A stretch of 64,000 nt of DNA from Chara braunii (GCA_003427395.1 BFEA01000007.1:2264850-2328849), one strand, 5' to 3'. Counted from the first letter of the stretch, positions 50,350 to 63,283 are shown. Numbers and translations: made by a program. The notes: generated by a model from the sequence alone, not told the origin.

Positions 50350-51019
50350 ATATATATATACACAAACTTGTCAGATCAGAAAATCCAACTACAACCAAAC
50401 AGGGGGCAACATGCAACAACACAAAAAAAAGATCGTGGATGACAAGTCCCATATGCAAGCACCGCCCCTTCTTCACACGCCAAACGACGGGACAAGACCA
50501 ATCAGGACAAAACTCTTCTCTGCAAATAAAACTATATACACACGTGACCGTATTCGTAATCAAGATGTGGGACAAACCAACGGGGATGCAGACAAAAGTG
50601 CCAAAAAACAAACGTAATAAAACAAATGAACCTCGAGTGTGACACTTCATACCCCGTGAACTCCATACCCGATAAACTCTACGTTCACACGGCGAGACAG
50701 AGAGAGGAAGAAAGCCACGACTGCTAGAGTACACGGTAGACAAAACCTCGTTTGAAAAGCGAGATTATGAACTGGTGTGAAACACACATGTTATCGATCT
50801 ACGACACAACGTTGGTGCTGCATCCAACCCTCCTCACGACAAAAAAACACACCACATCCTCATCGCGGGCCAACCCCCGACCCAACCTAGCAATTCCCGA
50901 ACCAGCCAACATGGCACAAGTACTCTGCCCGCCAAATCGGCGGAATAAAAAAAAAAATGGTCATCATCGTGAAGCTCCACCCGTCCTCCATATTGTACGC
51001 CCCTTCATAGTGCACGTCA

Positions 51020-51503
51020 CTATCTCTCGAAGGCGGTCGACCACCTGTTACGCGCAGCCCTGAGGTCATCCTCCGGACACCACATTTGAACCGCCCCATG
51101 CATGTAGCCTCTCTCCCGAAGTGGAGGCTTCATGTGCGCCACATAGCAGGCGTTGTTGCTATTGGTCTCCACGTGCTCTTCGGCGATGGCGGAGACAGGG
51201 TAGAGGACGGTGTCCCCGACGACATCGGGCCTCGGCCCCAGCCACGCATCCGGGACAACATTGGACAACTTCTTCACAAATAGGACAACCTCCGCAAGGC
51301 TGTCATCCCGGTCGTACCCCAACCCGACCACCATCCTCATCGCGAGGAGGCCATTGACAAACCCATAGTAAACGCGCGTCACTGAAGACGGTCGGGCCCC
51401 AATCCATGTTCCGATAGCGCTCTGTTCCCCGTTCCCACTGTCTTCTGCACGACAACCTCTTTCCCGTCAACCACCTCCCTCATCACCGCGTATACGTCCG
51501 ACA

Positions 51504-51504
<1 letters not shown>
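51020..51504 (-). pseudogene. Third, frameshifted ORF of unknown function inside the Harbinger
   Basis: ATG follows a (GA)n tract: MSDVYAVMREVVDGKEVVV..., continuing TRVYYGFVNGLLAMRMVVGLGY...WSTAFER. The composition is globular-protein-like. Confidence 0.5.
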
Positions 51505-51587
<83 letters not shown>

Positions 51588-51809
51588 CACATGCACACGT
51601 CTCCTCCCACCACTACGGAAAGCGGCACACAACCAACCTCATAAACTGAAGGAGCGCCCACCAACATCAGTGTTGCCAAAGAAAGCCACGACTGCCCACG
51701 TATATATAGACAGAGGTCGACACCGTTTTCCGTCCCGTCGTCCACACCGGGTGTCCCATCCCTTGTTCCGACACCATGAACCGGTGTGTCCCGAAATATA
51801 TATATATAC

Positions 51810-52120
51810 GAGAGAAGGTTAACAACAGTCGTATTTTTCATCACCACTTCAAGACACCCTTCACCACTTCAGGATATAGTCTGCCTAAACAGGTGGTTTT
51901 CAGGGTCTTCGGACCTTTTACCACTTCAGGACCATTCAGGATTTGAGACTGCCCCAAAATCTCACTTCACCACTTCAGGATGCAACTTGCCTAAACAGGT
52001 GGTTTTTAGGGTCTTCGGACCTTTCACCACTTCAGGACCATTCGGGATTTTCAGACTGCCCAAAACTCTCACTTCAAAATTTTCATTCCTGAATTTTCAG
52101 CTACCCGTTAACCAGTTGTG
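51810..52120. mobile_element. Short DNA element with GAGAGAAGGTTAAC / GTTAACCAGTTGTG ends and an internal duplication of about 107 bp
   Basis: Same termini as 59335-59948; CACTTCAGG motif repeats; imperfect TSD ATATATAC/ATATATGT. Confidence 0.72.
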
Positions 52121-52159
52121 ATATATGTATACATATGTATATATATATATATATATTTT

Positions 52160-52252
52160 GGGACACACCGGCTCATGACTTCCATTTCCCCGTCCTAGCA
52201 TCCAATCCGGGTGTCCGGTCCCTTGTTTCGGCACCATGAGCCGGTGTGTCCC
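52160..52252. mobile_element. 93-bp MITE in (TA)n
   Basis: Perfect 18-bp TIR GGGACACACCGGCTCATG / CATGAGCCGGTGTGTCCC; a partial sister copy lies at about 51720-51793. Confidence 0.8.
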
Positions 52253-52280
52253 TATATATATGACCTGTTATCCTCGAGTG

Positions 52281-53300
52281 CTAACGTGACGAGGGGTCTG
52301 TGTCCGCCCTCCACTGTGCACCGCTGTTCCTCCCACCCCCGCGCCTCGCAAGAACCCCCACAAGCATTTCGAGGATGGTGTTCCCCCCACACATGACATC
52401 TGCGATGTCACCAATCTTCACAACGATCGTTGTACCAGCCTCCGACGTTGCCTTCACCAGAGTGGTAGCGGCCTTATCCAAACCTTCGTTGTACGACAGT
52501 GGTGCGTCCTCCATCGCCCTCCCCAATATTGTCCCACCGCTGGTCATGTCGTCCATCCTCGCTTTACTGATATTCGTCCTCCGCGTCTTCGCTGCACTGT
52601 CGGAATCTTCCGTTGCTCTACCGTCGGAACCACTTTTTCCCGACGAGGGTTGTGGTGGACCGGTCTCTGTTGATGACCCTCCCGCGTTACCCGACAGGTG
52701 CTCCAACGCCAACGTGTTGTCACACTTGATGGAGGGCCGATTCAGTTGCCACTCCATCGCATCCCACAACGCTTTCTTAAAGCCTACTGGCACCTGCTCT
52801 GCCTTTCGCTGCTCCATAGTCATGTCCTAGTATGAAGGTTTGCCCGAAGCATTCTCACACTTGTCGAGAATCAACTTTGCTGCAACTCTCATGCCCTGCC
52901 ACTTCTTACGACAATCCTCCGCTGACCTGTGCGGAAACCCGTGATCCGCCATTCGATTGTGCACCCACTCATACCGCTTCTTCTTCTTCTTGAACCGATG
53001 CTAGCCCTCAACGTCGGCCATGAGGGTGTCATCCTCGGCTATCAATCTCAACAGTGCGATCCTCTCCTCCAAGCTCCACGGGATGTTCTGTTTTTTGTTT
53101 TTGGCAGCATCATCTACCTCCCCCCGCTTTTTTACACGCCTGCTGCTTTGGGGCCCGACCACATTCTGCCCCCCATCTGTCTGCCCAACACTGTCCCTGT
53201 CGTTCTACACGTTGTCGGAGTTATGTGCATCACTGTTACCGCCATCACCTTCACCTTCGTCGTCGTCGACATACATATCTTCGTCGCCAGCAGAGGAACG
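52281..53300 (-). pseudogene. Harbinger ORF2, Myb/SANT (trihelix-like) DNA-binding protein, disrupted
   Basis: WSLEERIALLRLI..RYEWVHNRMADHGFPHRSAEDCRKKWQGM..; in-frame stops at about 52829 and 53003. The N-terminus is not resolved. Confidence 0.85.
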
Positions 53301-55424
53301 GCCTTGCAACCCGGCAGGCGACAAAGCAGCACTGTGCAGGGGTCATCCCTCATCCATATCCTCTCCTTGTACATCTACCATTGAAGGTGAAGGCTCGGCA
53401 GCAGACCGCCTGACTGACATGGGCGATGGGGTAAAATTTCCGCCATGCAGTGCCTGTGACGTCTGTCCGCACTGCGGGGACCACTGTCAATCATCCCTCG
53501 TTACTCCGCCCCTTTCCACAGTTTGTTGGGTGGGGTACATGTGCGTGGCAATGCCATACCCACCGCCGACTGGGAACGTGTGTGGACCAGGCATGCCATA
53601 CCCACCTCCAACCTGTGTGCAATATGAGGCTTGGCCCATGTGCACGGGGCCCACGTGCAGAGTGTGTAGAGATGGCCGAACAACGAACCACCGACGTGCA
53701 CCTGCGGCATGGAGCAGTGATAGAGAGGGCAGTGGAGCAGGTGGGACATGAATCGGCCTGGCCCCGACACCCTGGTGCAACTAACCACCGAAGGACTGCG
53801 CCGTTGCCGGTGAAGGGGAGGAGTACGAGACAGATCCTTGCATAGGCATGTCATGGGACTGGAATCCCCCATCAATGCCTGCACAGGGATCTGTCGTCGA
53901 CCGATACGACTCCATTTTGCTACGAAGCACTGACAACGAAGGCAACACCCAACACCGCGTACTGTTTCCTCCAAGAACACCCCTTTCATGCTATCTCCAC
54001 CCACGATAGCAGAAGTATAGGATCACACACCAAAAGACGACCGACAAGAAGGAAGCCGTCAAAGGGATGACGACGACAGCAACCACGCCATCAAAGGGAT
54101 GATGGCGCTGCAGTGGTTGTTAATGACAACATCCACACAACAGCTTTGATGGCACCGGTCACATCCACACAGGCGATGATAGCGTTCGATGACTGACACG
54201 TGGCAAGTGTGTGGATAAGGATTTATAACCACACCCTCATGTGCAGCCCATCCCTGCCCACATGTGCTGGGGTTGCACTCTGGCGAGGACAAACGAGCGC
54301 CTTGGCGATTTAGACGAAGAAGTGAGGATGGCAAGGGAGGTAGACGATGGAGCACGGAATGTGTCACAACCACAACACGGGAGAACAACATCGGTCTGTA
54401 CGTGTGTGCGCGCGCACACACCTGCAGCGTAGGTTCTCGTCTGCGCATTCCACATACGCTGCTCGCCACACAACCCGCAGCTTCCGAATGCAAGCCCCGA
54501 CCAGAGACCGCCTGACAACGCCACCCGAAACGGCCTCCCCGTAGACAGGCCTCGCGCCCTGCACGTGCGAAGGAGATGAGTGATGGCATCATGAACAGGC
54601 TACGCAGGGCAGGAGGGTTCAATGGAGGTGTCGACGACGACCAACTATCGGAATCGCTGCTCATGCTCCTCATGCACGCGCAGGAAATGAATGTCGCGAT
54701 TGCATGGCTGGCCTCCGTCCTTAGCCCGCCAAAAATTTGAATTTTGAATGCTGCAGCATGCCGTTCGTAAAGTGAGGAGATGGCCCAGACCCCTGGGCCC
54801 TTGGGGGACCCGTGCGACGACAAAAAAACAAGAGCATGTCCGTGGCGGCCTCCCGGTCCAAAAAACGGTCCACGACGACGGTGCCTGTTCCACGCCGTAA
54901 AGCGGTTTTCTAGAAACGGATGGACATGCCCCCCCCCCCCCCCCCCCCCCCCCTACTCGTCTGGACACCTCCTTGGAACGGGAATGGAAAGCGGTCGGCG
55001 TTAAATTTCCAGACCGCCGACCGAGTAAAAACGCCCCGTCAACATTTCTACGACCTGCTTCCAAGCACGGTGGGGTCTGGAATCCCTTTTTGGGCCTACT
55101 TTCCACACCGGTTTCCAACACTTGTGGGGTCTGGAAAACATTATATCGCCTAAACTTTTCCAGGCCGCCGGCCAGTGGGGTCCAGACCTAAGTGTCTCAC
55201 TGCATTGCTGTCCACTCTCCAGAAAATCGGAGACTGGGCGGACAACTGTCAGACTTTCCCGAAATCTAGTCGTCGCTGCACTAAGGGTCGAACTCCACTG
55301 CATGGCAGCTACCGTGGGCGGTGGGAGAAAAAAAACGAGATTCCACCACACCAGAAATTTCCAGCAGCAGGTGGGCGATACCGCCCAGGGGTCAACGGGT
55401 AGCATCAGGACCGAGCTTCTTCGA

Positions 55425-55572
55425 TGGGCCAGTCACTGTGCCTCCCCTCTGGTCCCGTCCCGCGATGTACATCAGCAGTCTCTGCTCAATGCCACTCGGG
55501 GGGGCCAATGGGGATTGAACCCAAGACATCCTAAATGCCGTTTGTGTGCCTTACCAACTGATCTAGGCTGCA
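55425..55572 (-). mobile_element. Probable tRNA-derived SINE
   Basis: The minus strand has A box TAGATCAGTTGG (55565-55554) and B box GGTTCAATCC (55521-55512) at tRNA spacing. The acceptor and anticodon stems do not pair. Confidence 0.6.
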
Positions 55573-56055
55573 CCTGCTGCTGGGTGCAGCTCCTGCATGT
55601 TAGCAGCCCGTTATGGTTGTGTTTTTCCCCCCGTAAAACATTTCAACGTCACTCAAATTTCAACGGCGGTGGTCTTTCGAGAGGGAGGGCATTTCGAGGT
55701 TTGGGGCCTTGCAAGCGGCGGGACCTCGTAGGACCGTTGTTGGCGCAGTTGTTGGGTGGCAGCCAGGCGGCAGTGGTCGGAATGGCACCCTTGGATATTG
55801 AAAATTGCGCGCGGGTGGAAATTGATCGAAATGTTTGGCGCAGGTCGTCGGAAATTGATGAAACGACACTTGCGCTTTGCCACCCTCGCGCAAACAGCAC
55901 CCTTGCCCCATTCGTGCAAACGGTTGGCGCAGACGCTGTTGGCTGGTGCGTTGCTCATCTTATCGATGGAAGCCCTCAAGTTAAACAATTAAAAAAAAAA
56001 AAAAAAAACCCTTCAACATTCAAAAACGATATTACCTCTCTCTCTCTCTTTTTTT

Positions 56056-56119
<64 letters not shown>

Positions 56120-56999
56120 TCACCCGTGTCCTCACGGTAAGTCAATTCCCTCGTCAGAGGCTTGGCACGGACGTGGAGCACGGACGTGGCTGCTACGGGG
56201 TTCCCCGTAATACTATAATGACAATAAAAAAGGCCTAAAAAGTTATCATATTCAGATTCGATAGGTAATTGAATTGTTTGGGCTTAAGCCTTCAGTTAAA
56301 AAAATAAAAAAATAAATAAAATTTCAACAGGTTTGTCAGTCCAGGTTACCGAATAGGGAAAACTTTCCCTATTTAGAAAGAAAAAGTTTTCCCTAAAATC
56401 GATTGGGGGGAGAAGGCTTTGCGAAAATCAGGCGAGGGGAAGGACTCAACCTCAGTGTGATTTGACCGGTGGTGTGGCTCGCGCTCCCGGGTTCGCATAT
56501 GCAATGAGCGTCACGGACAGATAAGCATTGGAAGGCACAACACGCAAGTTGTGGTGGCTGGGCAAGCACTTGTGAGTTATGGGTGGACCCCATAGGCTCG
56601 CGAGGAAGCGAAGAAGTTGTCCGCACAGACAAGGTTCGTCCACCGCACATGGAGCTTTTCAGGAACACGGGACCCAACAACACAACAATTTTTTTGCATT
56701 CGCAGACAAGCTACTTGCCTGAATAGAAAAGCACCTGGAGCCTTTCCCGAAATGGGAAGTGGCTGGTGGTTGGCTCCGTTGGAAGAGTTCAAGTTTCCGG
56801 GGAAGGGTGACATCGTGTGGCAGTAATAGCAGGTGCGGGCGGCATAACGACTGGTCCCAGCAACAAAACCTCACGCGTGCGGAACTCACGGTCGCAGGAC
56901 TGTGTGGTCGATTCGTGCGTTGTTGACGCTGTCGAGCGCATCGACCCCCGCCTTTTCTTGCTAAAGAGGAGGGAGCTCTCACGGCTATGTCACGCAGGA

Positions 57000-59900
57000 G
57001 TTTAAACAAAAACTATAGAGACAACTTGGGGACGACGCATATTTAACATGGCGAACTGTCGAGACGGGCTCGACCACGTCGTCCCTTCGTCGCTTAAGTC
57101 GGGTGCGCCAACTGTATTTCCCGTGGTCCCCTACGACAGGATAGGTTCCCGCAGGGCACAACTTGCTTCCCTAAGGGGTTGTCAGCACCCTTAGGGGTGT
57201 ACCCTGCCACTGACCCACATACGAAGCTTTTAAATGCAATTGTAGAGGTGGGTCGGCCGAGGGCGTTTGCTCGTTCGTAATATAGTTACGCGCGGTTAAA
57301 ACGCCTATTGAACCCGGATGTCGTTCGTCCATTAGGATGTTAATCTCCTACGTACGAAGTGGACGTTGGTCGACTATGACGGTTTCAACCAAACGTGAAA
57401 CCCCTAATATCCTAGTCCCTTTAGACACAAGTCAAAAGAAAGTTATAACACCCACATATATTTACATCATAAGGAATCGTCCGTAGTCGACAGGAACATA
57501 TATCCAATTTGAAATGATAACTGAAAGAATCAAAATCATCATTAGATACATCTAATAACACAAGATCAAAATAAAATCCGACCAGCCCGGGTCGAACTCC
57601 ACAAAAATCATACAACCGCCAACGAGGCGTTGACTTTTGACAATAACATAGATGCAACCGACAAAGTAGTTAGACAACCTTCCTTTTGAGTTGATGAGAT
57701 ACGTTGCCAAAGTTATTCATTCTAACCCACTGCCGACTTAAGACGAGACCCACATATTCGTCTTCATACATTTCTAATTTTATTGGATGATAGGCTGCAT
57801 TGCGAATAATTCTTGATCAGGTGCATTACTTAAAGTGTTGCGTGTCTCACCCTCTAGGAAGTGGTCTGGGATACTCCTCCTTCTCGCCCAAGCACAAAAC
57901 TCGGATCTCAGAAGTTGGGTCGTCTCCACCGAATCGACAAAGTAACCCCTCGTAGAACGGTCCACTCTGGGTTGATAACAGGGTCGGATCCTAAAGCAAC
58001 GAACCACCGCCCCAGATGCTTCCTTGAAAGAAAGAGAGCGTCCACCACAAGTAAATTTTTAGTTGTTCCCATCCTCCCTTGCCCAAGGTAACTTAGTCGA
58101 AAAAAGTAAGAGGTGACAGAGAATGAGAACCATTTAGACAAGTAAGGTAGATCATGTCATTCGGGGTAGAAAGATTCAATCATCGGGAAAAGGCTAAGTT
58201 CATTCGACCCTATCTGATTTATTTCAATCGAATTCATTTTCCTGTGCACAGAATTAACATTTTTCAAAACAACCAAACATTTTTGGCATGCAAGCAAGTG
58301 AGAAGTTAAAAAGAAGACAATCCTTTTCCCTTTCCTCAAATAATTATAATCAATCTCCTTTGCAAGCATCCTTCTACCTACCTGCACAACACGCAAAAAC
58401 AACAGGTTCAAAAGAAAACAGTACAATCCCGTACTCGAGTCAAACCTTTCCATTCACATGCATGACTCTCACAACTTTCTTTCACCTTTTCGTTCGAACA
58501 TTCAAAACAACGGAGTCAAGCAAAGTGTGGGTTCACACAAGTGTGAAAGGATGTCTGAGTCAATCAACTGACCTTGAGTGAAGTGGTGCCGAATGCCTGA
58601 CTCACTCAAGAAAGTCAAAAAGACTATATGTGACGCTGAAGAAAACCGCAGTCCCGAGGTAAGTCTCAGGCCGACCAATGGCCTCGATTCACCCTCCACT
58701 CGCACGTCCCACACGAGGTGGCCCCAAGTGTGAAGACGGCGGGCCTCACACGCTCAAAAAAAAAATCCACAGTCCCACGTCAGTCTCAACTGGTCCCATG
58801 TAGTCCCAGATGGTCCCGCACTATTCCTTCCAACACTTGATGACGACGCCCGCCAAAACCACTTCTACCAAGCCTCACAAAAAATAAAGCTTGCGAATGT
58901 CGATTCTGCCGGCACCGCCCGTCCTACTCACTTGCCTCGCTGGTCCCAAAAGATTCCACTAGGCCAATGCCAATGACCTGGCTACCGCCGGCGCGCACAT
59001 ACAAACAAAACGACATGCCGCTCCACCTGGTTCAAATGACAAACTATCACCGATACCTCTAGTGCCGCTTGTCGTACCGCCGCAATAGTTACGATACAAT
59101 TTCCCCCCCTTCACCGGTGTTGACAGCGAACCCTTCAACGTACCAAAACTATCCAGCAACCTTCCTCCACTTAGTGTTGCTCAATGAACCCCAATTTCAA
59201 TAGCATAACGCTTAAAAAATGGTTGCCTTTGACGCCGAAAATTTTCGACAGCATTTCCCCTCAGAAGTGGGAAAACAGTCTGCCGAGGTCCACCTGCTGG
59301 TACCACCGCCACTGAAGTCATGATGTCCCTCCATGAGAGAAGGTTAACAAATGCCTATATTTTCAGGTCATTTTCAACTGCTTTATACGGGTGTTGGGTA
59401 CTTGGATTTCAAGTTTCATGTCTCCCCACTTAAAACTCCTGAAATAATATGAAGTGGCTGAAGATTCTGAAAGCGGTTTCATGTCCCTCTACCCAAGCAT
59501 TTGGATGGGGGACCTGAAACCATTTTCAGAAGCTTCATCCACTTCAGGTCATTTCAAAGGTTTCAAGTTTTCCCACCCGAAACTCTTGAAATGACTTGAA
59601 TTGGTTGAAAATCTGAAAGCAGTTTTAGATGCCCCAATCCAGAAATTTGGATGGGGGGATCTAAAACCACTTTCAGAAGCTTCAGCCACTTCAGGTCATT
59701 TAAGAGGTTTCAGGTTTCCCCACCCGAAACTCCTGAAATGACCTGAAGTGGCATACAACAATGTTGTACCAAAACAAAAACAAGCAAAAAAAAAAAAAAA
59801 AAAAACCCATAAAACCCAACCTTCTAACCACCGGAAACTTTTGAAATGACATGAAGTATCTTCAGGCCATTTCAACGATTTCATACCTCCGATAACAAAC

Positions 59901-60230
59901 TTCATAATCTTTCATTCTGGAATTTCAGTAGGTCGTTAACCACTTGGGCCCTCCATTGCCGTTGAAAACCATCGTGTCGTACCGCCTTGGTCCCACAGAG
60001 TTCCGAGTGCCGCTCCACCGAACCAACACCAACCAGAGGGAAGTGGAGTAGAGTGTTCCCAACCCCGACTATGGCTGCCCTGCTTCTCTCGTGCTCCACT
60101 GCAGACCTCCAACCTCCTCCCACGTTGCCTCTGACGGCTCCTCCAGCAGCCCAGCAACACTCAAGTGTGCTTGCCACACACTGGCAGCACGAGTGCCTTC
60201 TGTGTGGCAGTTGGGGACAACTGCCTGTTT
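57000..60230 (-). pseudogene. Long decayed reading frame of unknown family
   Basis: Consecutive same-frame minus-strand segments are separated by isolated stops, and the frame is restored when the 59335-59948 insert is removed. Confidence 0.45.
59335..59948. mobile_element. Non-autonomous DNA element (614 bp) with 8-bp TSD and internal tandem repeats
   Basis: TSD CCCTCCAT at 59327-59334 and 59949-59956; ends GAGAGAAGGTTAAC / GTTAACCACTTGGG; CACTTCAGGTCATTT and TGAAATGAC.TGAAGT repeats. Confidence 0.88.
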
Positions 60231-61706
60231 TATAGTGGCTGAGGAGGGTTGGACATCACTCCGGCCCCCAGACAAAATCGCGGGCTCACAATGAGCCCTT
60301 GATTAAAATCAAAGGCCTAACTATGGCCACACGACAGTCACAGCCTTAGTGGGCTTTTTTTTTTTTTTTTTTTTCCCTCCTCTATCTCGAAATTTCATGA
60401 GATAGTTGAGGTCCTGACATTTTCAAAAATGTTTTTCTTTTATTTTTCTGATAAGGGATTGGAGACATACAACCCCTTTTAGTTTGATGTACCTGGACCC
60501 TTTTCCCAGGGAAAAGGTTGTACTTGCCTTTTCCTTTCTGACCCTTCCATTTTCAGGCTCCCTTTAAAAACGGGAGCCTGACAGTTACCTCTGCCAGAGG
60601 TTGTACCTCATGAGGACAAGTGTCCTCACGAGGATAGTGCAAAAATAAAAGAAAACAACAAAAATAAGAAAAACAACCCAACCCTCTAAACTGCAACACC
60701 CCTAGCACTATTTCTAGCCAAGTCCATGATGTTAATTCAAAGAGCACCCCCTTAGTTTCCTTTGTCCTCTCCTGAAAACGGGGAGGGCAGTTGGCTGGTT
60801 GGGAGAGGTAGGCCCTCCCCCTCCCAACTCTTTCCATTTTCCCTCTTTCCCTCTCCAACTCCCCAACTGCCTCATCCTTTCCACACGTACAAAATGAGCT
60901 GCGAGATCTGAGATCTCGCAACCTCAAATATTCGCTTCTAAACGAAGTGGGAGCCGTTATGCTCTCACACAGCCAAAACAACTGTTTTTCCAACCACGAG
61001 GCAACCACTGTCTCGTTTTATTTTTATTTTTAACAGCTTTTTGTCAGCTCGTTTTAACCTCCCTTCCCGTTTTCGTTGCTTCCTATGTCCCAACGGCCAT
61101 GAGGGGAGGAGGGGAAACAATGGGGTAAAAAAAATAATAATAAAAAAAAAAAATTACAAACGAGGAGGGAACCACCTACCTGCAAATGTTGGAAGTAGGG
61201 TGAGCCCAGCCACAGTGCAGTAGTGTACATTTCCATCTCCTGGAGGTAGATTCATTCGATTTTGCTCATCCTCCGATGAAAGTACTGTGAGGCCAGCTGT
61301 GGTTGGAGACTTGCCAGTTGGTCATCGTTGAAGCGGCCAGGTAAGTTTTTTTTTTTTTTTTTCCTCACACACACACACACACAGTCGTGGTAATGTATAG
61401 TTCGTGTTTTTATGGTAGATTCGATCGTTTGAGGGCACTCGAGCGATTGGACACTTCGCCTGTTCGTTCTTGACGAATAGGCAATCCAAGCGACAAGAAG
61501 AGAACGAGGGGGGTGAGAACCTAAGAAAAGGGGCAAAAAAAATCTAGAAGATCTCGAGAAAGAATCTAAAATTGGAAAAAAAAAAAAAAAAACCCTTACC
61601 TCATAAAGAAAAATGGCTGTCCGTTTTTAACGGGCACCTGTTGTTTCCTTTCTGGAAACTGTAAGTTCCCAGCCACTTCGCTCAGCGCCATCTGGCGCTT
61701 TAGTTA

Positions 61707-61792
61707 AACTGCCCGGTAAACCGTAGGCAGAGAGAGAGAAAAGGACAACAAACGAGAGGCTGTGACGAACTGTTTCGTCGGAGTTTCATGGA

Positions 61793-61797
<5 letters not shown>
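61707..61797 (-). mobile_element. Hammerhead-bearing short element, truncated within the core (ATGAG...CGAAAC)
   Basis: Reverse complement ATGAGTCCATGAAACTCCGACGAAACAGTTCGTCACAGCC...; abuts a long (TA)n. Confidence 0.85.
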
Positions 61798-61828
<31 letters not shown>

Positions 61829-61832
61829 NNNN

Positions 61833-61890
<58 letters not shown>

Positions 61891-62452
61891 CAGGGTAACC
61901 GGCTTTCGGGACGGGCCGAACGCCCGAACATATGGGACCCCTTGGGGATGCGTTCGGTCGTTCGGGCCGAACGTGGATAAAGAAAAAAAAAAAAAATCAT
62001 CAAAACAATCTGAAACAAAGATATGTTATGGAGAAAAATAAATTAAACAAGATTTGCCTTAGCATTACATCCGAATTCCTTACCAAATTTAAAATTAAAA
62101 TAAAATACAGAAAACAAATACTAATAATAAAAATAAATAAAAATAAAAGGTGAATTAAATTTAGTGAGTGAGGGAGCATGTTTTCCACACCGCCATCTCT
62201 GGCGTTTTTTCATTTTTTTTTTTGGCATAGCAAAATGCCCTGAAAATTTACAGATGTATTGTTCACATAATACAAAACCCACTAAAAAAGTTTCAAAAAA
62301 TAATAATTTTTTTTAGACCACGAACTAAAGTGAAAACAAAAGTAAAAAGTCAAAAAATGCGTGGGCGAGCACGTTTTGACACCGCCATCTTTGGTGATTT
62401 TTAATTCTTATTTGGCTTAGCCCAATGACTTGAAAATTTACGGGCATGTACC
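61891..62452 (+). mobile_element. CAGGGT MITE, right end missing
   Basis: CAGGGTAACCGGC start; colinear with 49500-50090. Confidence 0.8.
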
Positions 62453-62467
62453 TATATATATATATAT

Positions 62468-62549
62468 AAACAGTTTGTCACAGCCCCTCGTTTGTTGTCC
62501 TATTCTCTCTCTCTGCCTACGGTTTATCAGGCAGTTCTATTTGTGACAA
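62468..62549 (+). mobile_element. Hammerhead-bearing short element, truncated at GAAA
   Basis: AAACAGTTTGTCACAGCCCCTCG...TTCTATTTGTGACAA between (TA)n tracts. Confidence 0.85.
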
Positions 62550-62557
62550 TATATATA

Positions 62558-63283
62558 CAGGGTCACCAGCCCGTACGTACGGAGGTCCCCGGGCAGACCT
62601 CCGTACGTACGGGCGTTCGGGGTCCCGTATGGGGTCCGAACCCGACGGCGTTTGGACCCCGCCAAAAATTATTTCGGGGCCTAAAAATAAATATTTGTTT
62701 TTGAATTTTGTTTCGTGAGTTCTCTATGACGTGAGGTACATGCTTGTAAAGTTTCAAGTCATTTGGATAATCCAAATAAGAATTAAAAATCACCAAAGAT
62801 GGCGGTGTCAAAACGTCCTCGCTTACATATTTTTTCACTTTTTACTTTTTAGTTCGGGGTCTAAACAATTTTATTATTTTTTGAAATATTTTTAGTGCGT
62901 TCTATATTATGTTAAGTACACATCTGTATATTTTCAGGGCATTTAGCTATGCCAAAAAAAAAAAAAAAAATCACCAAAGATGGCGGTGTCAAAAACATGC
63001 TCGCGCACTACTAAATTTAATTCTCTTTTTATTTCTATTTATTTTTATTATCAGTATTTGGTTTTCGTATTTTATTTTTATTTCAAATTTGGTAAGGAAT
63101 TCGGATGAAACACTCTGGCAAATCTTGTTTAATATAGTTTCCTCCATAACATATCTTATTTTCAATTTTTTTTGATGACTTTTTTTTTTTTTTGGGTTCA
63201 CGTTCGGCCCGAGCGGCCGAACGCATCCCCAAGGGGTTCCATACGTTCAGGCGTTCAGCCCGTCCCGAATGCCGGTTACCCTG
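62558..63283 (-). mobile_element. Complete CAGGGT MITE, inverted
   Basis: TA|CAGGGTCACCAGC ... GCCGGTTACCCTG|TA. Confidence 0.88.

Larger units (their letters stand above)
46588..55188. mobile_element. PIF/Harbinger DNA transposon (8.6 kb including nested insertions)
   Basis: TIRs GGCCTGGACCCACTGCCCGGCGG-CTGGAAA and reverse complement GGTCTGGACCCCACTGGCCGGCGGCCTGGAAA; flanks TAC/TAA; convergent transposase and Myb/SANT genes. Confidence 0.88.

Noticed and set aside
55122-56210. 362-aa plus-strand ORF
   Set aside because: It crosses a TIR, a SINE and a microsatellite, has a non-ATG start and shows no recognisable domain.
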